Assembly: GCA_963827235.1 (NCBI GenBank) | Contig: CAWHAE010000009.1 | Span: 96,001-160,000 of the forward strand | Source of the DNA: an uncultured bacterium | GTDB lineage: Bacteria; Chloroflexota; UBA5177; JANWHV01 | Reading direction: 5' to 3' | DNA length: 64,000 nt | In this document: positions 1 to 9,644 of the stretch, piece after piece | How the letters are laid out: each line of letters begins with the position of its first letter | Position numbering within the stretch: the first letter of the stretch is position 1 | Translations under genes and position numbers: made by a program | Notes under the pieces: generated by a model | What the model was told of the DNA's origin: nothing | The model's database searches: none | The model's input: the letters and a program-made list of their open reading frames with translations, nothing else

Positions 1-73
1 GCGTGGGTGATCCTGCTCCCCGACCTGCCTCCCGCTTGACCGCCACGCCGGCAGAGCGACCGGCCCACCCCGC

Positions 74-116
74 TTGACAAACTAACTACATTAGTATAAA
101 AACTAAGATAGTTAGT
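74..116 (+). promoter_or_regulatory. sigma70-type promoter overlapped by two TetR-type operators (ACTAA-N5-TTAGT)
   Basis: TTGACA at 74-79 with an AT-rich -10 region near 95-102; inverted repeats ACTAActacaTTAGT (81-95) and ACTAAgatagTTAGT (102-116); TetR gene in the same operon. Confidence 0.75.
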
Positions 117-166
117 ATTCAGCCGGGCGCGGTGCTCGGCACCGAGGACAACTGAGGGGACAAGCA

Positions 167-895
167 ATGCGGATCACCACTCACGGAACCTACCTCACAC
201 AGCTCACGCGCCTGCCGCGCGTCTTTCCGGTAAACTGCTATCTCGTGCGGGAAGACGACGGATTCACCCTGATCGACGCGGCATTGCCGGGCAGCGCCCC
301 GGCCATCCGCGCCGCCGCGCGCAAGCACGGACTGCCCATCCGGCGCATCGTGCTCACCCACGCACACATGGATCACGTCGGCTCGCTCGATGCCCTGCAC
401 GAAGGACTGCCGGAAGCAGAGGTCCTGATCTCGGAGCGCGACTCCCGCATGCTTGCCGGCGACCTGCGGCTCGATCCGGGTGAGTCGCCCGCCAAGCTGC
501 GCGGTAGCTGGAAGACCTGCACCACGCGCCCAACCGCCTTCCTGAAGCACGGCGACCGCATTGGGTCGCTGCAGGTGCTTGCCGCGCCCGGCCACACGCC
601 CGGGCACATGGCTTTCTTCGATCCACGCGACGGCACGCTGATCGCCGGTGACGCCTTCCAGACTCGCGCCGGCGTTGCGGTCTCCGGTACCATGCGGCCC
701 CTGTTCCCGTTCCCGGCCATGGCAACCTGGTCCAAGCCGATCGCGCTCGACAGCGCCATCGCCCTTCGCGCTCTGCAGCCCAAGCGGCTTGCTATCGGCC
801 ACGGCGAGGTCCTGGAGACGCCCCTGCCTGCCATCGACCGCGCCATCGCCGTTGCCGAGCGCGCCCTGGGAAGGATGGTGCAGCACGGCCGCTAG
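167..895 (+). CDS. MBL-fold metallo-hydrolase
   Basis: THAHMDHVG (HxHxDH), PGHTPGH and GDA motifs; RBS gagggga. Confidence 0.9.
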   Translation: MRITTHGTYLTQLTRLPRVFPVNCYLVREDDGFTLIDAALPGSAPAIRAAARKHGLPIRRIVLTHAHMDHVGSLDALHEGLPEAEVLISERDSRMLAGDLRLDPGESPAKLRGSWKTCTTRPTAFLKHGDRIGSLQVLAAPGHTPGHMAFFDPRDGTLIAGDAFQTRAGVAVSGTMRPLFPFPAMATWSKPIALDSAIALRALQPKRLAIGHGEVLETPLPAIDRAIAVAERALGRMVQHGR

Positions 896-1505
896 AGCAG
901 GCATCGACCATGCCGCAGTGGTGCGCACGGCCTACGCGCTGGTGGATAGCAACGGGCCGCACGCCCTCACCCTGGCCACGCTCGCCGCGGTGCTGGGCGT
1001 GCGCACGCCCTCGCTCTACAACCACATCGACGGCCTGCCCGGTCTGCAGCGCGATCTCGCGCTCATGGGCGCTCGCGACATGGCACGCGCGCTCACTGGC
1101 GCCACGGTCGGGCGCTCGCGGGACGAGGCGGTGAGGGCGCTCGCCGCGGCCTATCGCGACTTCGTGCACGATCATGCCGGGGTCTACGAGATGCTGCTGC
1201 GAGCCGCGCCGGCCGATCGTGCGCCCGATCCCGAGCTGGACGACGCGGAACGCGATCTGGTGAGTATTCCTCTCGCCATCCTCAGCGGCTACGGCTTGCA
1301 CGACGCCGGCGCGCTGCACGCCGTGCGCTGCCTGCGCAGCGTCGTGCACGGCTTCGCTACGCTGGAAGCACGGGGCGGCTTCGGCCTGCCGCTGGACGTG
1401 GAAGAAAGCTTTCGCCGCCTGGTCGACCTCTACATAGCCGCCCTGCAGCCCGACCGGGAGCTGCAGCGGACCGAGGCGGCATGCGAACAGGGAGTGGGCC
1501 GCTGA
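885..1505 (+). CDS. TetR/AcrR family regulator; start codon reads ACG
   Basis: HTH LTLATLAAVLGVRTPSLYNH; C-terminal VVHGFATLE; best-placed start is ACG at 885 after gaagga. Confidence 0.8.
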   Translation, partial: TAARAGIDHAAVVRTAYALVDSNGPHALTLATLAAVLGVRTPSLYNHIDGLPGLQRDLALMGARDMARALTGATVGRSRDEAVRALAAAYRDFVHDHAGVYEMLLRAAPADRAPDPELDDAERDLVSIPLAILSGYGLHDAGALHAVRCLRSVVHGFATLEARGGFGLPLDVEESFRRLVDLYIAALQPDRELQRTEAACEQGVGR

Positions 1506-1536
1506 GCATGGCGGCTCTCGTGAAAGGTATCGCTCA

Positions 1537-2601
1537 TTGTCGCTAGATACCTACATCCAGGAGATGCCCAAGGTCGAGCTGCACGTGCACCTCGAAGGCT
1601 CTATCCAGCCGGCAACGCTGCTGGCTCTGGCCCAAAAGCACGGCATTGCCCTGCCGGCCGATACCGTCGAGGGCCTCCGGCGCTGGTATACCTTCACCGG
1701 CTTCCCGCATTTCGTCGAGATCTACGTCGCCATTTCCCGTTGCATCACGTCTCCCGACGACGTCGAGACGATTGCACGCGAGTTCCTCGCCGGCCAGGCC
1801 GCTCAGAACGTGCTCTACAGCGAGGCCACGTTCACCGCCTACACGCACTATCAGCTCAACCGCATTCACGTCCGCGATTCGCTGGCCGCCCTGGATCGCG
1901 CCGCGCGTTGGGCCGCCGCGACGCTCGGAATCCGCGTGGGCTGGGTGATCGACATCGCGCGCGAAATGGACGGCGACCGGAGCGTCGAGGTCGCGGACTG
2001 GGCGATCGCCGGGCGGGAACAGGGCGTGGTCGCCCTCGGTCTGGGCGGCTATGAGGTCGGCAACCCGCCCGAAAAGCACGCCAGGGCATTCGCGCGCGCT
2101 CGGGAGGCCGGACTGCCGCGAGTGCCGCACGCCGGCGAAACGGCAGGGCCGGCAAGCATCTGGGGTGCCCTCCGCGCCCTGGATGCCCAGCGCATCGGAC
2201 ACGGCGTCCGCTGCCTCGAAGATCCCGATCTCGTAGCCGAGCTGCGGCGGCGGCAGATCCCGCTCGAAGTGTGCCCGACCAGCAACCTCTGTCTGGGCGT
2301 GGCGCCCGGCATGAAGGAACATCCGCTGCCGCGCCTGCTGGCCGAGGGCCTCTACGTGACGCTGGGCTCCGACGACCCGCCCATGTTCAATACGACGCTG
2401 ACCGGCGAATACCTGGCCGTGGCGCGGGCCTTTGGCTGGGGCGCGGCCGAGCTGGAATCGCTGGTGCGGGCCGGCGCCGGCGCGGCGCTGCTGCCCGACG
2501 GCGAGCGCACGGCACTGCAAAGCCGGGTCGAGCGGGAATTCGATCGAGCTTCGTCCGGCACACCTCGTGTGAGCAGGGCGGCGCTCAACTCACGCGCATG
2601 A
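1537..2601 (+). CDS. add: adenosine deaminase
   Basis: PKVELHVHLEG, HAGE, RIGHG, EVCPTSN and SDDP motifs. Confidence 0.9.
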   Translation: MSLDTYIQEMPKVELHVHLEGSIQPATLLALAQKHGIALPADTVEGLRRWYTFTGFPHFVEIYVAISRCITSPDDVETIAREFLAGQAAQNVLYSEATFTAYTHYQLNRIHVRDSLAALDRAARWAAATLGIRVGWVIDIAREMDGDRSVEVADWAIAGREQGVVALGLGGYEVGNPPEKHARAFARAREAGLPRVPHAGETAGPASIWGALRALDAQRIGHGVRCLEDPDLVAELRRRQIPLEVCPTSNLCLGVAPGMKEHPLPRLLAEGLYVTLGSDDPPMFNTTLTGEYLAVARAFGWGAAELESLVRAGAGAALLPDGERTALQSRVEREFDRASSGTPRVSRAALNSRA

Positions 2602-2713
2602 GCCTGGTTGAGCGGGCGGCAAATCTGCTATAGTTGCTGTAAGCGCGACACTCGTATAAGCTCGAGGATTGGCTCGGCGTTTCTACCGGCGGCCGCAAAC
2701 CGCCTGGCTACGA

Positions 2714-2860
2714 GGGAAGTGCATCTAGGGTTCCGTGCTTCGCGGTTGTGCTCGCTACGCTGTGGCAGTAGCCGCGGGGTGGTCTGGACCGAGCGATGCT
2801 GGCGAGGAGAGGGTTTCTCTTCGCTACACCACGGGGATAAAAGCCCGGATGGCAGGTTCC
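2714..2860 (+). ncRNA. ykkC-family riboswitch, subtype-2-like (5' GGAAG / 3' GTTCC extensions)
   Basis: CTAGGGTTCCG...CTGGACCGAGCG...ACACCACGGGGATAAAAGCCCGG matches the ykkC consensus; lies in the 5' UTR of a transporter operon. Confidence 0.85.
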
Positions 2861-2900
2861 ACTCAAATACTGTGGGACCGCCATCCGGGCTTTGCGTTTT
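2840..2900 (+). terminator. intrinsic terminator overlapping the riboswitch 3' strand
   Basis: aaagcccggatggc pairs with gccatccgggcttt; T-rich tail gcgtttt. Confidence 0.75.
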
Positions 2901-2964
2901 GTCCGCGACAATACGGCCGAGCGCACGGTAGCTCGCGCGGTAGCAGAAAGGATAAACGGTTCCT

Positions 2965-3966
2965 GTGAACATTTGCCGCTATTTGTCTCGATCTGCCGTT
3001 GTTGCTGTCCTCGTGGGGGCAGCCATGATCACTCCAATCTCCCGGCCAGATGCTCGCGCCGCCTCGACGACCAACGTGTCCATCGCCCTGAACTGGATCA
3101 AGAACGTAGAGTTTGGCGGAATCTGGGCGGCACAGGAAAAGGGCTGGTGGTCGCAGGCCGGCCTGCAGGTCTCCGTGCGCAGTTACGACGACGGCTATCA
3201 GGATCCAGTGCTGCTGGTCGGCGCCGGCAAATACCAGTTCGGCTTCCAGGATGGAGCATCGATCATCCTCGGACGGGCCGCCAAGGTTCCGGTCAAGGCC
3301 ATCTGGGCATCGGGTGAAACGTCCCCCTTCGCGTTCATCACCATGCCGAAGAGCGGCATCAAGTCACCCAAGGACTTCAAGGGCAAGCGCATCGGCTACC
3401 AGAGTCATGAGAAGTACGTGCTCGACGCCATGCTCAGCGCGGTCGGCCTCAAGGAGAGCGACGTGTCACCGGTCGTCGTGCAGTATGATCCCACGGTGCT
3501 CCTGGCAGGCAAGGTCGACGCCTACCTGGCGTTCCTGACCAACGAGCCGATCGAGCTCGCGCAGAAGTATCACGTCAACGTGAACATCATTCCGGCCAGC
3601 GCCTACGGGTACGATTTCTACAGCGACGTGCTCTTCACCACGGACAGCACGATCAAGTCCAATCCGGCGCTGGTGCAGAAGGTCGTCTCCATCATGGACA
3701 GGGGCTGGAAATACGCCCTGGCACATCCGGATGAGATTGCCAAGGTCGTGGTGCCCAAGCTCGACCCAACCGACTCGGTCTCGCAGCAGATGGCAGAGAT
3801 GAAGGCGCTGGCCAAGCTCGCCTCCCGGCCGGACGCGCCGACGGGCTCCATGACCGCCGCCCGCTGGCAAGCAGGCATCGATCTGCTGCTCAAGTACAAG
3901 CAGATCACGGCGCCCGTGGCCGCCTCCGACGTCTACACCACGCAGTTCCTCGGCTCGACGCACTGA
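2965..3966 (+). CDS. ABC transporter substrate-binding protein, NMT1/THI5 (SsuA-like) family
   Basis: signal peptide; LNWIKNVEFGGIWAAQEKGWW and GIKSPKDFKGKRIG. Confidence 0.85.
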   Translation: MNICRYLSRSAVVAVLVGAAMITPISRPDARAASTTNVSIALNWIKNVEFGGIWAAQEKGWWSQAGLQVSVRSYDDGYQDPVLLVGAGKYQFGFQDGASIILGRAAKVPVKAIWASGETSPFAFITMPKSGIKSPKDFKGKRIGYQSHEKYVLDAMLSAVGLKESDVSPVVVQYDPTVLLAGKVDAYLAFLTNEPIELAQKYHVNVNIIPASAYGYDFYSDVLFTTDSTIKSNPALVQKVVSIMDRGWKYALAHPDEIAKVVVPKLDPTDSVSQQMAEMKALAKLASRPDAPTGSMTAARWQAGIDLLLKYKQITAPVAASDVYTTQFLGSTH

Positions 3967-3967
3967 G

Positions 3968-4822
3968 ATGGGTGCTATATCCTGCCAGGGCGTGCAGTTC
4001 AGTTACCCTAACGGCGTACGTGCCCTGCGGGATATCAATCTCACGGTCGCCGCCGGACAATTCGTATCCTTGATCGGCCCCTCCGGCTGCGGCAAGTCCA
4101 CCTTGCTCCGCATCGTCGCCGATCTGCTGGAGCCGGAGGCCGGCCGGATCACGATCGCCGGCATCTCGCCGCGTGCCGCTCGCACCTCGCGCAAGATCGG
4201 CATGGTCTTCCAGGAGCCGGCCCTGCTCAAGTGGCGCCGCGCCTCCCGAAACGTCGAGCTCCCCCTCGAGCTGGGGGGGAAGCTCGACCGGGCCGGCCGC
4301 ACGCGCGCCATCGAGGTGCTCGAGCGGGTCGGCCTGGCGGATTGCGCCGGCAGGCTGCCCGCGCAGCTCTCCGGCGGGCAGCGCCAGCGCGTCGCCCTCG
4401 CCCGCGCGCTCTTGCAGGAGCCCGAAGTGCTGCTCATGGACGAGCCGTTCGGCGCTCTCGACCAGATCACGCGCGACGAGATGAATGCCGCCCTCCTGCA
4501 GGTCTGGGAGATGACGGGCATCACCGTGCTCTTCGTCACCCACAGCATCTCCGAGGCAGTCTACCTCAGCGACCTGGTAGCGGTATTCACGCCCAGGCCG
4601 GGCAATCTCTACCACACGATTCCGGTGCCGCTTCCACGTCCGCGCGACCCCTCTGTGCGGCGGACCGCGCAGTTCTTCAGGCTGGAAACGGAAGTGCTCT
4701 CTGCGCTGGATGGCAGACCGGTCGAATCCGACGACTGGACGCGCAGCAAGACGCTCAAGTCCGGTGAGCCGCTGGCGGCGCCCGGCTCGTTTGAACGGAG
4801 CCTGAACGATGCATCAAACTGA
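3968..4822 (+). CDS. ABC transporter ATP-binding protein (NitT/TauT type)
   Basis: GPSGCGKST, LSGGQRQR, LLMDEPFGALD, VTHS. Confidence 0.92.
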   Translation: MGAISCQGVQFSYPNGVRALRDINLTVAAGQFVSLIGPSGCGKSTLLRIVADLLEPEAGRITIAGISPRAARTSRKIGMVFQEPALLKWRRASRNVELPLELGGKLDRAGRTRAIEVLERVGLADCAGRLPAQLSGGQRQRVALARALLQEPEVLLMDEPFGALDQITRDEMNAALLQVWEMTGITVLFVTHSISEAVYLSDLVAVFTPRPGNLYHTIPVPLPRPRDPSVRRTAQFFRLETEVLSALDGRPVESDDWTRSKTLKSGEPLAAPGSFERSLNDASN

Positions 4823-5654
4823 ACGAGCGATGGAAGTCATAGGCGCTAGGCCGCGAGCTTCGCGACAGGCCAGGCAGCACTCCGTACACTGGAAGCTCGT
4901 CGCCGACCGCGTTCTGGACGTGCTGCTGCCCGTGCTGGCCGTGGGCGCCGTGCTGGCATTCTGGCAGTTCTACGTGATCTGGCAGAAGGTGCCGCCCTTT
5001 CTCTTCCCACGACTCGACGACACCCTCAACAGCCTGTGGACGAACCGGGGCGATCTTGCCTCGAGCCTGTTGACCACCCTCGAGGAAGCCGGCATGGGCT
5101 TCCTGTTTGCCAACCTGCTGGCCATCGCAGGCGCCACCATCTTCGTGCACTCACGCCTGGCGGAGCGCTCCATGTTTCCGCTGGCGGTGCTCATCCAGAC
5201 CATCCCGATCATCGTCTGGTCGCCGATTCTGGTGATCATCATGCCCAACGACAGCATCTGGCCGCAGGTCGTCATTTCCTTCCTGATCACCTTCTTCCCT
5301 GCCCTCGTCAACATGACCCAGGGCCTGCGCATGGTCGAACCGCTGCACCTGGACCTCTTCCGTGTGCTCAACGCGTCCCAGTTGCAGGTCTTTCTCAAAC
5401 TGCGCTGGCCGGCCTCCATCCCCTCGCTCCTGGCCTCGCTGCGCATCACCAGCACGCTCAGCCTGGTCGGCGCCATCGTGGGCGATTATGTGGCCGGAGG
5501 CGGCAACAACCTGGGTAACCTGCTCAACCGCGCCCACCAGTCCTACGACACTGCTCTCATGATGGCCGTCGTCCTGGTGGCCACGATGACCGGCATCGTC
5601 ATCTTCCTGCTCATGTCCTCGGTGGAGCGAGTAGTGCTGAGCCGGCGCGGCTAG
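4809..5654 (+). CDS. ABC transporter permease (NitT/TauT type)
   Basis: multiple TM segments; ITFFPALVNMTQGL; operon context. Confidence 0.88.
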   Translation: MHQTERAMEVIGARPRASRQARQHSVHWKLVADRVLDVLLPVLAVGAVLAFWQFYVIWQKVPPFLFPRLDDTLNSLWTNRGDLASSLLTTLEEAGMGFLFANLLAIAGATIFVHSRLAERSMFPLAVLIQTIPIIVWSPILVIIMPNDSIWPQVVISFLITFFPALVNMTQGLRMVEPLHLDLFRVLNASQLQVFLKLRWPASIPSLLASLRITSTLSLVGAIVGDYVAGGGNNLGNLLNRAHQSYDTALMMAVVLVATMTGIVIFLLMSSVERVVLSRRG

Positions 5655-5791
5655 CGCGCGGCTGCCCGGTCGCATCGCTCGCCTCCGCAGCCTTCGGTCC
5701 CGGGGCGCCGGCCGTGACTGGCACCACAGGTCGATTCACCGTATGCTGATCTCGTGAACGCCGGAGTACTGGTAAGCCTGGAGGACGAGAA

Positions 5792-6772
5792 ATGCGACCC
5801 TCAATAGAGTGGCTGGGACATGATTCATTCCGCCTCGGCGACGGGCACACCGTCGTCTACGTCGACCCCTGGAAGCTCAAGGGTAGCCAGCCAAAGGCAG
5901 ATCTCATCCTCATCACGCACGACCATTTCGACCACTTCTCCGCCGACGACATTGCCAACCTGACGAAGGACGGCACGGTCGTGGTCGCGCCGCCGCCCGT
6001 GGCGAAGCAGCTTACCGGCGACGTGCGTAGCGTGCGTCCCTATGAGACGCTGGTTGTCGCCGGCTTGTCTGTCGAGACGGTTCCCGCTTACAACATCGAC
6101 AAGTTCCGCGAGCCGGGTAAGCCGTTCCATCCCAAAGAGGCCGGCTTCGTGGGCTACATCATCACCCTCGGCGGCACGCGCGTCTACCATGCCGGCGACA
6201 GCGACCATACACCGGAAATGGACAAGGTCAGCTGCGACATCGCGCTGGTGCCGGTGAGCGGCACGTACGTGATGACGGCCCCCGAAGCAGCCGCGGCCGT
6301 CAACTCCTTCAGGCCGTCGCTGGCCATCCCCATGCACTACGCCGATATTGTCGGCTCGCTTGGCGACGCCGAGGAGTTCAAGAAGCTCGCCCAGGTTCCG
6401 GTCGAGATTCTGGAGCTCGGTGTAGCTCAGGGCGCGAACCAGGGGAGGCTGCGCGCCGCGGGCCCGATGCGGTCCGCGACCGTGTTCCGTTCCGCGTCCG
6501 CCGCTCCGCACGGTCACGAGGGAACGAGGATCTCGTTCCATCCCCGGATCTGCCAGGCGCGCACCACGCCGTTCACCACGAACGGGTCTCCCGTGGCGAA
6601 TTCCTCGGCAGCCTCCCGGCTGCTGAAGATGGCCATCGCGCCCTCCTCCTGTGGATTGGCAAACGTGCCGACCATCAGCAGCTCGCCCCGTGCCTGGAAC
6701 TCGTCGATGCGGGCGCGGTGGGCAGCAAACTGCGCGGGCGCCTTCGCGGCGACGTCCTCGGCGGACTCGTAG
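5792..6772 (+). CDS. MBL-fold metallo-hydrolase (UlaG-like); 3' end probably over-extended
   Basis: WLGHDSF, ITHDHFDH, YHAGD and IPMHY motifs; recognisable domain ends near 6420 and the tail overlaps YciI antisense. Confidence 0.8.
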   Translation: MRPSIEWLGHDSFRLGDGHTVVYVDPWKLKGSQPKADLILITHDHFDHFSADDIANLTKDGTVVVAPPPVAKQLTGDVRSVRPYETLVVAGLSVETVPAYNIDKFREPGKPFHPKEAGFVGYIITLGGTRVYHAGDSDHTPEMDKVSCDIALVPVSGTYVMTAPEAAAAVNSFRPSLAIPMHYADIVGSLGDAEEFKKLAQVPVEILELGVAQGANQGRLRAAGPMRSATVFRSASAAPHGHEGTRISFHPRICQARTTPFTTNGSPVANSSAASRLLKMAIAPSSCGLANVPTISSSPRAWNSSMRARWAANCAGAFAATSSADS

Positions 6773-6789
6773 AACAGCACGTACTTCAC
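6514..6789 (-). CDS. YciI family protein
   Basis: 91 aa; HRAR..GELLMVGTF..GDPFVVNGVV; RBS ggaggt. Confidence 0.85.
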   Translation of the reverse strand: MKYVLFYESAEDVAAKAPAQFAAHRARIDEFQARGELLMVGTFANPQEEGAMAIFSSREAAEEFATGDPFVVNGVVRAWQIRGWNEILVPS

Positions 6790-6956
6790 GATCTACCTCC
6801 CAGAGCGCTTACGGCCTGCCCGCCGGGCGGCGAATCCGTTACCGAGCGGATTGCCGCCACCCATCCCTGCAATGCCGCCGGTCGCCACTCGCCGGCGCCG
6901 GGTATCGCCGTCATTTCATCCTCCCCCGGCTCACCGCGAGGCACACAGCGCCGGCC

Positions 6957-7374
6957 CTATGTGTGCTTGCCGCCGGCGCGATCGTAGTCCCGCTGGGCGG
7001 AGCCGATCTGCGACATGTGCTGCTCGACCCAGACCAGCATGTCCCGCGCGCGCTCTGCCGCGTCATGGCCAAGGTCGGTAAGGCAGTACTCCACGTGGGG
7101 CGGAATGGCCGACTGCACGGAGCGTTCCACCAGGCCATCGCGCTCGAGCGCGTGCAGGGCCTGCGCCAGCATCTTCTCGCTCACGCCGTCCACCCGGCGC
7201 CGCAGCTGGCCGAACCGCAACGTGCCGTCCAGCAGCCCGACCAGGGCCAGCATGCCCCACCGCCCGGTGACGTCGTCGAGTACCAGGCGTGATGGGCAGC
7301 CCCAATCGAAGACGTCGTAAGGTCGGTGCTCGCCGCCTTCAGGGGTTGCGATCGTGGTCCGCGTGCGCGTTCAT
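6957..7374 (-). CDS. HxlR family winged-helix regulator (one frameshift near 7342-7345)
   Basis: YDVFDWGCPSRLVLDDVTGRWG...LRFGQLRR..GVSEKMLAQALHALERDGLV..PPHVEYCLT; ATG at 7374 is one base out of frame; divergent from the NAD(P)H oxidoreductase gene. Confidence 0.8.
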
Positions 7375-7503
7375 GCTTCCATTGTACCCGAAACCGTGCG
7401 AGCAGTAAGCACGGCGCAATCCATTGCACTGCGTAATGGAAAGTGCTATCCTTCAGGCAGTGCAGGCGATGCTCCTGCACGGGTACTCGAAAAGGAGATA
7501 ATC

Positions 7504-8385
7504 ATGTCCATCCTCGTCACCGGTGCCGGCGGGCACCTCGGCCGCCAGGCGGTAGCGCACGTGCTCGAACGCGTGCCGGCCGGCCGGGTAGCGGTAGCCG
7601 TGCGCGCTCCCGAGAAGGTCGCCGACCTGCGGGCCAGGGGCGTGGAAGTCCGTCAGGCCGACTACGACAAGCCGGAGACCATGGCAGCGGCCTTTGCCCA
7701 CGTCGACACGCTGCTGCTCATCTCGACCAATGGACCGGACGATCTGCGCGTCGTCCAGCACCGGGCAGCGGTGGCAGCCGCGCAGTCCGCGGCGGTCAAG
7801 CACCTCATCTACACCTCTGCCACGGACGCCGATACCAGCAAGCTCGGCGTGGGGCGCGTGCACAGGGAGACCGAGCAAGCGATCAAGGCCTCGGGCCTGA
7901 CCTACACCTTCCTGCGCAACGCCATGTACACCGACAACTGGACGGCCGCCGCGCCGCAGTATGCGTCTTCCGGCATCGTGGCCGCCAACACCGGCGACGG
8001 GCGCATCGCCACGGCAACGCGATCAGACCTGGCGCTGGCGGCAGCGGTCGTCGCCACCACGAGCGGGCACGAGAACAGGACCTACGAGCTTACCGGTCAC
8101 GAGCTCTGGAGCTTCGCGGACCTGGCCGCCGAGGTGGCGCGCCAGACCGGCAGGCCGGTCCGCTACAACGCCATCGGCGACGACGAGCAGCGCGCGTTCT
8201 TCGCCGGCATCGGACTGCCCGGCTTCCTGATCGAGACGCTGGTGGACATCCAGGCCGGTATCGCCAGGGGAGAGCTCACCACGCGCACCGGCGACCTGGC
8301 ACGGCTGATCGGCCGACCCGCCCAAACCCTGGCGGACTCCGTCGCCGAAGCGCTGCTCGCCGCCGGCCAGTTGGCCCAAGCGTAG
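7504..8385 (+). CDS. NAD(P)H-binding NmrA/QOR2-like oxidoreductase
   Basis: ILVTGAGGHLG Rossmann motif, ADYDKP, FLRNAMY, YELTG; RBS aaggag. Confidence 0.88.
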   Translation: MSILVTGAGGHLGRQAVAHVLERVPAGRVAVAVRAPEKVADLRARGVEVRQADYDKPETMAAAFAHVDTLLLISTNGPDDLRVVQHRAAVAAAQSAAVKHLIYTSATDADTSKLGVGRVHRETEQAIKASGLTYTFLRNAMYTDNWTAAAPQYASSGIVAANTGDGRIATATRSDLALAAAVVATTSGHENRTYELTGHELWSFADLAAEVARQTGRPVRYNAIGDDEQRAFFAGIGLPGFLIETLVDIQAGIARGELTTRTGDLARLIGRPAQTLADSVAEALLAAGQLAQA

Positions 8386-8719
8386 CACCTCACTGGGCCG
8401 AGCAGGGCACAGTGCACCGGGCCGCCCGAACGATGCGGCCCGGCGCACTGCGCCTCCTGCCGGATAAGCGGCGCGGCGATTGGCCGCGTCCCCCAGATGA
8501 ATGGGCTCACATGGTCTCGCTCTCGAGCTCTCGCGCGGCTCCGTGGCAGGCTCAGGGCCGAGACGGCCCCGCGGCGCGGGCGCCAATACTGGACTCATCC
8601 GCCCTCTCGCCGATGCCGCCGCACGGCTCGCGGCTGCCGGCGAGGTGCCTTGCATCCGGCCGCAACTCGAGGTCCTGTACCCCCCACACCACGCAGCTGG
8701 GAGGACGCCGCCAGCTGGA

Positions 8720-8900
8720 CTACGTGGTCATGAAAGCGATCACGGCAAGTGTGTTTTGTAGCGCGTGCAGGATCATGCAGCAGTACACCGACCGCGTCCG
8801 CTCCAGGACGAGCGCCTGCACCACGCCCAGAAAGAACAGCTCCGGGAAGATCACGGGAATGCAGTGCACCGCGGCGCAAGTGTCCCGCCGAATCCGCCCC
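8720..8900 (-). pseudogene. C-terminal fragment of a CPBP (CAAX/Abi) intramembrane protease
   Basis: FFLGVVQALVLERTRSVYCCMILHALQN resembles the CPBP HxxxN motif; N-terminal EE motif absent. Confidence 0.55.
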
Positions 8901-9179
8901 AAGCGTAGCAGGTCTCCTGGGAAGCGCAATAGTCGTTCTGGGTGAAAGCCCAATCTGCCTCCTGTCGTGGGCATCCAGATGCGCATCTGCTTCCGTTCGG
9001 TGTATAGTAGGGTCCGTATGTAGCAGATCGGCGGTGAGCCGGCGCCGCGTGCCCGGGCGGGAAGGCTGGACGGGTACGTTCGGTCGCTGCCCGGCGCCGC
9101 GGTTCCGCCAACCGGCAGCGCTGCATGCCCGTGCCCCGTTCCGCGCATCCGTGCCGGTTGGCGGCAGAAGGCTGGCCCG

Positions 9180-9644
9180 ACGACGACACAGCAGAACAGA
9201 CCGGCGGCGTTCAAGAGCTTCGCCGATCTGCGGAGACAGCTCGAGGCTGAGCCCGATGACCTCGAGCCATTCATCGCCGCGGATCTGCCGTTTGGCGCGT
9301 TCTACTGGGTCCCGGACGAGGAGTCGTGCTTCGGCTATCGCGACAACCACCCCTGGGTGATCGTCATTCCCTACCAGGCCGGCCGCATGACCGTTTCGGC
9401 CTCCCCGCGCACGTCCTGCCGTTCCGAAGCGCGCGACCGCTCCGAGCTCGCCACTCCCGGCGGGCTCGTGGTGGGCCTCGACCGTGACGGCGTCATCGTC
9501 CTGGACAGGCGCCAGCCCTTCCCTGCCCTGAGCTTCCGACGCTACCACTACATCGGTCGCCTGCCCGAGGCATGGCAGCGCCGGCTGCGGGAGGCGCTTC
9601 TGGCCGAGGGACATCGCATCGCCCGCGAGAGCGAGGCATCCTGA
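9180..9644 (+). CDS. small PemK/MazF-fold-like protein; extends upstream of the ORF-track start (ACG start proposed)
   Basis: frame open from 9024; GAFYWVPDEESCFGYRDNHPWVIV and GLDRDGVIVLDRRQ..YIGRL resemble PemK motifs; TGA overlaps the next ATG. Confidence 0.55.
   Translation, partial: TTTQQNRPAAFKSFADLRRQLEAEPDDLEPFIAADLPFGAFYWVPDEESCFGYRDNHPWVIVIPYQAGRMTVSASPRTSCRSEARDRSELATPGGLVVGLDRDGVIVLDRRQPFPALSFRRYHYIGRLPEAWQRRLREALLAEGHRIARESEAS

Noticed and set aside
2714-2860. Canonical guanidine-I riboswitch
   Set aside because: Carries the 5'/3' extensions typical of nucleotide-sensing ykkC variants, and no guanidine carboxylase or SMR exporter is adjacent; not fully excluded
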